IMG/VR virus record: IMGVR_UViG_3300020576_002769
Coordinates: 81,985-114,813 of that record
Reading direction: 5' to 3' (one strand)
Length of the DNA stretch: 32,829 nucleotides
Source: a virus
Taxonomy: Duplodnaviria; Heunggongvirae; Uroviricota; Caudoviricetes
Position numbers and translations under genes: made by a program. This document shows, in pieces, positions 27,106 to 32,829 of this stretch. Within the stretch, counting starts at the first letter, position 1. The number at the start of each line of letters is the position of its first letter. The notes beneath the pieces were generated by a model. That model searched no databases and was not told where the DNA came from. It saw nothing but the letters and a program-made list of their open reading frames with translations.

Positions 27106-27184
27106 GTTCTTGTTCTTCTTTTTCTATTTGTTTAAGTAAATCTTCCCATTCTTCATCGGAATATTTGTCTCTGAGATTTCCCAT
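27080..27184 (-). CDS. 34-aa acidic microprotein (not in ORF track)
   Basis: MGNLRDKYSDEEWEDLLKQIEKEEQERVRNKVND; fills the gap between neighbours. Confidence 0.6.
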   Translation of the reverse strand: MGNLRDKYSDEEWEDLLKQIEKEEQERVRNKVND

Positions 27185-27185
27185 A

Positions 27186-27428
27186 TTACGTTATTTTATT
27201 GTATAATTCCTTATCAACAATTATATTGTTCTTTGCACCTTCCATTCTCTCTTCATCAAGATATTCGTGAATTAATTGATTAACAACAATATTCTCAGTA
27301 TCAACATCCGAATAATGTATGTGTTCAAAACCTTTCATCAATTCTTGTCGGTCTTCCTCAGTTGGTACAATTATTTTATACTTTATCCAAGGTGTTTCAT
27401 TTTCCGGGTAGTCACTATATTTTTTCAT
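27186..27428 (-). CDS. Hypothetical protein
   Basis: 80-aa coupled ORF. Confidence 0.7.
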   Translation of the reverse strand: MKKYSDYPENETPWIKYKIIVPTEEDRQELMKGFEHIHYSDVDTENIVVNQLIHEYLDEERMEGAKNNIIVDKELYNKIT

Positions 27429-27582
27429 TTTTGTCGGTCATTTGTTCAGCAATTTGTAACAAGAGTTTATTTCGTTTCATTCTGATTTTTTGTTCCTCAT
27501 CAGTTTCACCGTGTAGTGGTAATTGCCACATTTTTTCCAACTCATCAAGAGTCACATCCACATTAAGTTTAATTTCAGTCAT
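27415..27582 (-). CDS. 55-aa hypothetical protein (not in ORF track)
   Basis: MTEIKLNVDVTLDELEKMWQLPLHGE..; overlaps both neighbours. Confidence 0.6.
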   Translation of the reverse strand: MTEIKLNVDVTLDELEKMWQLPLHGETDEEQKIRMKRNKLLLQIAEQMTDKNEKI

Positions 27583-28357
27583 TTACTAATTTTTCAGTCC
27601 CATTTATTATATCATCAAATGATTTCATTTTAAATGATAAGAAAGGTTTTGGGTTGTGTAAATCGACGAATGTATATTTGTCAGTTTCCAAATCATAAAT
27701 TCCGAACCCGTGATTTCTTAAACTCTCCCCATAATTTTGACATATGAGGCTACCAATCATCACACCTCGTTTTCCATTTGGAATATTAAAGGTCGCTCTC
27801 TTATGAACATCACCACAAAGAACAAGGTCTAACCCATTAAATTTTTCAACATCGTATGCGTGAGAACCAAAGTCAAATCCTAAATCAGTCGTTAATCCGG
27901 CAACAGGGTCGTGGAATAATCCAATCTTAAATCCAATAGCAGTTTCAATATCCGGAGGTATATTTCCTTGGAATTGAGAATAAACACACCAAGACACATT
28001 CTCATCTTCATACACACCTCTATTTTTGTAATAAACAATATTCGGATTATTCAAATTATCCACAATTGGTGTAATACTATCCAATCTTTCGTCGTTTTTT
28101 AAATTCGCGTCGTGATTACCAGGGATAATAATTATTTTAGCTATTTTTGCACACTCAGTTAATACCCAAGAGGCAATTTCAACAACTTCAGGTGATAATT
28201 GATTTTTGGAATGGAGAAGGTCTCCGGTAAAAGTGATTCTATCGGGTTTAATCTCTCTGAACTTATCAAACATATCATTCAAGATTGACCGGTATAGGTC
28301 GTGGTCTTTAAATAATTTTAAGTGTAAATCACTAAAATGGCAAACGGTCTTAATCAT
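27575..28357 (-). CDS. sbcD: SbcD/Mre11/gp47-like metallophosphoesterase nuclease (phosphoesterase domain only)
   Basis: SDLH, TGD, GNHD, FHD, GDVH motifs; 260 aa. Confidence 0.88.
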   Translation of the reverse strand: MIKTVCHFSDLHLKLFKDHDLYRSILNDMFDKFREIKPDRITFTGDLLHSKNQLSPEVVEIASWVLTECAKIAKIIIIPGNHDANLKNDERLDSITPIVDNLNNPNIVYYKNRGVYEDENVSWCVYSQFQGNIPPDIETAIGFKIGLFHDPVAGLTTDLGFDFGSHAYDVEKFNGLDLVLCGDVHKRATFNIPNGKRGVMIGSLICQNYGESLRNHGFGIYDLETDKYTFVDLHNPKPFLSFKMKSFDDIINGTEKLVND

Positions 28358-28550
28358 ATTTTATTTTTTTTATTTTCCAATTTATCAACACCCAAATCAA
28401 AAACATAGTCGGGATAGCGACCCACCATAACCATTCTCTATTTGATGATATTGCATTATTAATTTTCATAATTAAATAAGTAATTGTTGGTACCCACCAT
28501 ATTGACGTAGTACAAATAGGACATCCAAATTCTCTTTTAACTATTTTCAT
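28350..28550 (-). CDS. Small membrane protein with CPIC
   Basis: Two hydrophobic segments. Confidence 0.6.
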   Translation of the reverse strand: MKIVKREFGCPICTTSIWWVPTITYLIMKINNAISSNREWLWWVAIPTMFLIWVLINWKIKKIKYD

Positions 28551-28765
28551 TCCTTATCAAAGATTTTGAAGTCCTCATTTACGTGACCGCAATCTGCACA
28601 TCGGTAAGTTGGGAAGGGAATTATATTATCTTGAGAACTTCCGGTTAATAGTTTATTTACTTTCTTAATTATCACCACTTCTTGAAAGAATTGTGAATTA
28701 CATTTTTCACACTCCAAAGTTGGTTGTTGTTTTAAATCAATCTTTGGTTTTAATAAATCATCCAT
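28547..28765 (-). CDS. Small zinc-ribbon protein
   Basis: CEKC...CADC. Confidence 0.75.
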   Translation of the reverse strand: MDDLLKPKIDLKQQPTLECEKCNSQFFQEVVIIKKVNKLLTGSSQDNIIPFPTYRCADCGHVNEDFKIFDKE

Positions 28766-28768
28766 ATT

Positions 28769-28966
28769 TTAATTTTTTGTTTTACCTGTTTCTTTTGGTT
28801 TATAAGGTTTAACTTCAATTGTTGTTAATTTAACAACTCGTCCGGAACCACCACAAAATTTACATTCCAAGTATTCACCACCATCAACATACGTTCTCAC
28901 ATATTCGGTTCCTTCACCATCACAATTATCACAAAGAGTAATCTCAGTTTTTTTCATACTTTTCAT
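28769..28966 (-). CDS. Small DnaJ-type zinc-finger protein
   Basis: CDNCDGEG...CKFCGGSG. Confidence 0.75.
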   Translation of the reverse strand: MKSMKKTEITLCDNCDGEGTEYVRTYVDGGEYLECKFCGGSGRVVKLTTIEVKPYKPKETGKTKN

Positions 28967-29000
28967 TTAAGTTTAATCAATTTATTCGGTTTAGTCAAAT

Positions 29001-29025
29001 AAAAAACCCCCCATTTAGGGAGGTC
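29001..29025 (-). terminator. Intrinsic terminator
   Basis: ACCTCCC-TAAAT-GGGGGGT followed by a U tract on the minus strand. Confidence 0.7.
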
Positions 29026-29029
29026 TTAA

Positions 29030-29890
29030 TTATTTTTTTAAGTACTTGGACATATCCATATCCAAAATTGTAGTAATCACATCCTTAGGAACCCGGAACT
29101 CCTCAAAAGTTCCATCATCTTTTACCAAAACAATTATACATCCGAACAATTTGATATTCTCATATTTTGTTCCTTGCAACATCTTCAATAAAAGTTTTCC
29201 GTAGAACGGTAATTGGGTAAAGTAATGACCCAAGGCATTATTTGGGTGTTTTTGGAAGGGGTATTTCATTCTTGTTGTAAAATGAGACTCCTCGAAATTC
29301 TTTGGTTTATTTGTTTTATAATCTGTAATTACCAAGCCAACTTCAGTTTGTTCTTTATTCATTATTAACCACACCTTATCCGGTGCCCCAGTATATCCGA
29401 GTTCGTTATCACCTAAAATTAACTCAGTGTCAAGTAATAACACCTTACGTTCTTTCATAGTATTCAAAAAGTTCGTTCCGGCGGAGACCATAGAATCACT
29501 TTTTAATATTTGCCCAAAATCACATTCAAAAATAGGTTGTCTCACTTCCTTTTCAATTTCAAAAAGTTCAAGTGATTTTTTTTCTAATAAAAAGTGAGTT
29601 CTACTTCCAACATTTATCGAATAGTCCGCAGCCGCTTTCCATTCATCAAGTAATTGTTGTTGAACTTCAAGGTCACCATTAGCCTTTTTAAAAGAAATAC
29701 CCTCAGAATCGAATTCTTCATAAAATAACTTCATAATTTTACTTACAGAAGGCCAATCACTCTTTAATTCACCTTTTAAGTTTTTCATCGTATAAGTATG
29801 TGTTTCCTCAACGAATGTTAATTCAAGTTCTTGTCGTCTTTTTTCTAAAATTTCTAAAATTTCTGAAGCAACATTTTTTAATTCAATCAT
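29030..29890 (-). CDS. PD-(D/E)XK (RecB-like) nuclease
   Basis: SVSKI, GAPD, TDYKT, QLPFY motifs. Confidence 0.85.
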   Translation of the reverse strand: MIELKNVASEILEILEKRRQELELTFVEETHTYTMKNLKGELKSDWPSVSKIMKLFYEEFDSEGISFKKANGDLEVQQQLLDEWKAAADYSINVGSRTHFLLEKKSLELFEIEKEVRQPIFECDFGQILKSDSMVSAGTNFLNTMKERKVLLLDTELILGDNELGYTGAPDKVWLIMNKEQTEVGLVITDYKTNKPKNFEESHFTTRMKYPFQKHPNNALGHYFTQLPFYGKLLLKMLQGTKYENIKLFGCIIVLVKDDGTFEEFRVPKDVITTILDMDMSKYLKK

Positions 29891-30501
29891 ATTATTTTTT
29901 TTCCTTTTTTTAAGTTTTCAATACCCCATAATGGTTGTAAATTTGTGTAATGACATAATTTATAAACCTCTTCCTCAGTTTTTGCAGAAGATAAAGGTAT
30001 TATATGGTCTATATGCCATTCTCCGTGATTACCCCAATCCATACCTTCAGTAAATTGGTTTTCGATATATTCTTTTATAATTTCCGGTGTTCCACCAACC
30101 AATTCAAAAGTTGTATTTGTTTTATAAATTTTTTTTGATTTTAAGAATAACTTTAATCGATTTCTCATATTTGTTTTCAATTTATATAAGACATCATTAT
30201 TATATCGATTCTTCTCTCTTTCATTTATTTTATGTCGATTATCTTTTCTATATTGGATTTCTCTTTCTTTATGTTTTTCGTGTTTTTTCTTAATACGTTC
30301 AAGTTCTTTATCTCTATTTTTCCAATAACGTTTTTTTTCCGACTCTCTTTTTTTTTCAATATTACGTGAATAATAATTAACAAAATACTCTCTACGGCAA
30401 TCTTTACATCGGTAATCTAAACCATCTTTAGTACCCTTTTTATTATCAAATTCACAAAGTAATTTTTCAACACCACATTTTTTACAGATTTTCTTTTCCA
30501 T
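29887..30501 (-). CDS. Free-standing HNH homing endonuclease with N-terminal zinc finger
   Basis: CKKC..CKDC; WHIDHIIP..HYTNLQPLW..N..KG; ATGA overlap with the downstream nuclease. Confidence 0.88.
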   Translation of the reverse strand: MEKKICKKCGVEKLLCEFDNKKGTKDGLDYRCKDCRREYFVNYYSRNIEKKRESEKKRYWKNRDKELERIKKKHEKHKEREIQYRKDNRHKINEREKNRYNNDVLYKLKTNMRNRLKLFLKSKKIYKTNTTFELVGGTPEIIKEYIENQFTEGMDWGNHGEWHIDHIIPLSSAKTEEEVYKLCHYTNLQPLWGIENLKKGKKII

Positions 30502-30640
30502 TTTTATAATCTTCTAATAATTTATTAACTAGTGAAGATAAGTTAATATGAAGACCTCGGTAATATTCTAATAGTTCAGGTTTAAGAGCAATTGATATAC
30601 TTTGTTTCTTGTCTTCATTATTTTTTTTATTTCTTCCCAT
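30482..30640 (-). CDS. 52-aa ribbon-helix-helix-like DNA-binding protein (not in ORF track)
   Basis: MGRNKKNNEDKKQSISIALKPELLEYYRGLHINLSSLVNKLLEDYKNGKENL; overlaps the HNH start by 20 nt. Confidence 0.72.
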   Translation of the reverse strand: MGRNKKNNEDKKQSISIALKPELLEYYRGLHINLSSLVNKLLEDYKNGKENL

Positions 30641-30644
30641 ATAA

Positions 30645-30652
30645 TATAAATA
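30645..30652 (-). promoter_or_regulatory. TATTTATA box 4 nt upstream of RHH gene
   Basis: ATATTTATATTATATGGGAA. Confidence 0.55.
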
Positions 30653-30691
30653 TATCAGTTTTTTATAAAGTTGTTAATTTTAACAATTTTT

Positions 30692-30856
30692 TTATTCAAA
30701 TTTTGTTTTAAGATATTCAATCACGTATTTAGCATAACTCGTTAAATAGTCATAACCATCAAAAACAAACATTTCTTGGTTGTTCTCAACGGCTGAGTTA
30801 TATTCTTTTTTGAAGTTTTTGTAACTTTCTCTATCGAATGATATTGTGTTTGACAT
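30692..30856 (-). CDS. 54-aa hypothetical protein (not in ORF track)
   Basis: MSNTISFDRESYKNFKKEYNSAVENNQEMFVFDGYDYLTSYAKYVIEYLKTKFE; TATCTTTG box upstream. Confidence 0.7.
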   Translation of the reverse strand: MSNTISFDRESYKNFKKEYNSAVENNQEMFVFDGYDYLTSYAKYVIEYLKTKFE

Positions 30857-30878
30857 AATCTATGGTTTAATTCGGGTA

Positions 30879-30886
30879 CAAAGATA
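30879..30886 (-). promoter_or_regulatory. Bacteroidota sigma-A -7 box
   Basis: TATCTTTG about 22 nt upstream of ATG30856. Confidence 0.55.
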
Positions 30887-30915
30887 CAACTATTTTTTAA
30901 ACTGCCAAATAAATC

Positions 30916-31815
30916 TTACCTTATTTCGTAAAAATATTCACTTATATCACCCCTCAGGTCAGCAACATCATCATCACCCGTTAATTTTATTATTTTAACC
31001 TTACCATATAATCTACCCCCATTTAAGTTATGGTATAAATTAACAGCATCAGACCACGCATCAGAATCGAGGCAAATAATTATATTACCTTTAGCTTTCT
31101 CGTATAAGGTATTCAACAATAGTTCCGACATATGTTTTCCCAACATCGCAATACTATTGGGTAAGAATAACGCGTCAAACACACCTTCACACAAATAAAC
31201 ATCTTTACCCCAATCAATTAAACTCTCGTTGAAGATTATCTCATCTTTAGATGCTTCCGGGTTCATATATTTAGCTTTAGTGTGTGGATTCCAACTTCTT
31301 GCAATAAAATACGTTAATTCACCTTCGCTATCATACGATGGGATAATAACTCTTCCGGTGAATTTACCTCTATCACAAAAACCCATCCCATATTTTTCAA
31401 TCATCTCATCGGTTATCCCACGTTGTTTAAGATAATTGTAGGCTTGACGACGAACCGGATAAACCAAACTGCTATCTTTGAATAAGGTAAATCCTTCGGG
31501 TAATCTTAATCGGTCTTTTCGTTTTTCTTTAGGTTTGTATTCCTCAGGTCTTAAAAGATTATAAATCTTTTTTTGTTTTTTCGTTCCATATCTATCAATC
31601 AATTTACCTAATGTTCCGTGAGTATCATTTTCATCTGAACACGACCAGCATTTCCAGATATGCTCAAAGTAATTTACTTCAAGATTACCTTTATTTCTAC
31701 CCTCGTCACATTCCTTACAGTTATATGCAACTTGACCACGAGATTCATAGTGTCTTTTTTCATCACCAAGTATTTCGTGTAGTATTTCTAGTAATATTTC
31801 TTTATCGTCCGACAT
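30916..31815 (-). CDS. DNA primase (zinc finger + TOPRIM)
   Basis: CKEC..CWSC zinc finger; EGVFD and LDSD TOPRIM motifs; ATG31815 (MSDDKE) preferred. Confidence 0.9.
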   Translation of the reverse strand: MSDDKEILLEILHEILGDEKRHYESRGQVAYNCKECDEGRNKGNLEVNYFEHIWKCWSCSDENDTHGTLGKLIDRYGTKKQKKIYNLLRPEEYKPKEKRKDRLRLPEGFTLFKDSSLVYPVRRQAYNYLKQRGITDEMIEKYGMGFCDRGKFTGRVIIPSYDSEGELTYFIARSWNPHTKAKYMNPEASKDEIIFNESLIDWGKDVYLCEGVFDALFLPNSIAMLGKHMSELLLNTLYEKAKGNIIICLDSDAWSDAVNLYHNLNGGRLYGKVKIIKLTGDDDVADLRGDISEYFYEIR

Positions 31816-31820
31816 AACCA

Positions 31821-31828
31821 CAAATATA
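31821..31828 (-). promoter_or_regulatory. TAnnTTTG box immediately upstream of primase
   Basis: TATATTTG 5 nt before the ATG. Confidence 0.45.
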
Positions 31829-31887
31829 GTCAAAAAATTATTATAATCAAAACTTCACTAGTTTTTCTTCGGAACTATATTTATTTA

Positions 31888-32829
31888 ATCCCACCAAAAG
31901 GCCGACAAATCTTTAGTTTGTGGGATGAAAAGTGTTTTTACAAAAAAACATAAATATTTTTAATAAAATAAGAACTTTTCTCTTTTTCGTGATATTTATA
32001 CTTATAACCATATCAGAGTATAAATGTTAAAATCATATAAATATAAACTTAAACCAAATGAAGAACAAGAAGTTCTTCTGAACAAACATTTTGGTTCCAT
32101 TCGTTTTATTTATAACCATTTTTTAAATGAAAGAAATGTGGAATATGAGAATAACAAAAAATCATTAAACTATTATGATAACGCTAATGATTTAACAAAA
32201 CTTAAAAAATCTGAAGAATATTCTTGGTTAAATGAGATTAATTCACAATCATTACAATATTCGTTAAAATACCTTGATGGCGCTTATAATAACTTTTTTA
32301 AGTTTAAAAAAGGTTTCCCAAGATTTAAATCAAAAAAATCTAAAAATAGTTTTTCGGTTCCACAATCGGTTAAGTTAATTAACGGAAAATTAATAATACC
32401 TAAATTTAAAGAACCGATTGATTTAATTTTATCTAGAAGTTTCTCCGGAATAATTAAATCCTGTACGATATCAAAAACACCGACAAAAGAGTATTTTGTT
32501 TCCATTTTAGTTGAAACTGAACATACTAAATTAGAGAAGACCGGAAAGTCAATCGGAATTGATTTGGGTTTAAAGGATTTTGTGATAACATCCGAAGGAT
32601 TTAAATACAAAAATAATAGATATACAAAAACCTATGAAAGAAAACTTAAAGAACATCAGCAACATTTAAGTAGAAAAACAAAAGGTTCTAATAGATATTA
32701 TAAACAGAAATTAAAGGTTGCAAATATTTATAAGAAGATAACCAATTCTAGATTAGATAATTTGCACAAAGTATCCACAGAATTAATCAAAAAATACGAT
32801 GTAATTGTATTGGAAGATTTAAACATTAA
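31888..32829 (+). mobile_element. IS200/IS605-family tnpB-only element, left part (truncated by window end)
   Basis: ATCCCAC..GTGGGAT hairpin (31888-31926) resembling IS605-type subterminal structure, followed directly by tnpB; no tnpA between them. Confidence 0.7.
32024..32829 (+). CDS. tnpB: TnpB RNA-guided endonuclease (partial, missed by the ORF track because no stop is in the window)
   Basis: MLKSYKYKLKPNEEQ HTH, RFIYN, GFPRFKSK, RuvC-I IGIDLGLKDF, RuvC-II VLEDLN. Confidence 0.95.
   Translation, partial: MLKSYKYKLKPNEEQEVLLNKHFGSIRFIYNHFLNERNVEYENNKKSLNYYDNANDLTKLKKSEEYSWLNEINSQSLQYSLKYLDGAYNNFFKFKKGFPRFKSKKSKNSFSVPQSVKLINGKLIIPKFKEPIDLILSRSFSGIIKSCTISKTPTKEYFVSILVETEHTKLEKTGKSIGIDLGLKDFVITSEGFKYKNNRYTKTYERKLKEHQQHLSRKTKGSNRYYKQKLKVANIYKKITNSRLDNLHKVSTELIKKYDVIVLEDLNI

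Noticed and set aside
29030-29890. Cas4 or CRISPR-associated nuclease
   Set aside because: No four-Cys Fe-S signature, and no repeat-spacer array or other cas genes in the window
1739-30501. Group I introns or inteins housing the homing endonucleases
   Set aside because: Flanking genes are intact on each side, with no split ORFs and no intein C1/HN motifs
2421-30652. T4-type late promoters TATAAATA on the plus strand
   Set aside because: No plus-strand genes follow them; the box is consistently oriented as TATTTATA toward minus-strand starts (and toward tnpB on plus)
677-32610. Many 60-135 aa ORF-track entries nested in or antisense to larger genes (e.g. 677-862, 1571-1771, 8798-9064, 14404-14808, 15656-16000, 26623-26970, 32284-32610)
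   Set aside because: Shadow ORFs of recognisable genes in AT-rich DNA with no motifs; 32284-32610 is antisense to tnpB
1-32829. Stop-codon reassignment (code 15 or 4)
   Set aside because: Long conserved genes are intact in code 11, and TAG (2770) and TGA (27575) end genes at tight junctions
1-32829. tRNA, rRNA or structured ncRNA genes
   Set aside because: No cloverleaf or long GC-rich structured intergenic region was seen; hairpins found are terminators or the IS end

Overview
AT-rich (about 30% GC by eye) segment of a large tailed-phage (jumbo/myovirus-like) genome, almost all on the minus strand. The likely host is Bacteroidota: there is a short Bacteroidota-type primary sigma70, TAnnTTTG promoter boxes, an Hc1-like histone and a Q-rule signal peptide. 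Core genes are Grx/Trx, a PcfJ-like protein, a Dam-family MTase, class A DnaJ, sigma70, SbcC/SbcD, a PD-(D/E)XK nuclease and primase. Accessory content includes a membrane/lysis-like cluster, modular Glu-punctuated putative head proteins, an LRR protein, a type II R-M-like cassette, four free-standing homing endonucleases and a tnpB-only IS200/IS605 element cut by the window edge. Best leads: (1) a MetK-fold protein with its catalytic motifs replaced; (2) two unrelated homing endonucleases each coupled to a similar unannotated 52-aa ribbon-helix-helix gene with a nearly identical 20-nt 5' end; (3) an extreme tetranucleotide signature (no GATC or CATG found, CCGG about 5x enriched, CCAG/CTGG depleted) suggesting Vsr-type repair; (4) putative virion-packaged LRR and peptide-polyprotein cargo; (5) an apparently inactive amidase; (6) an SbcD C-terminal domain apparently moved onto SbcC. 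All family calls come from motif recognition by eye and all counts are manual. No database search was run.
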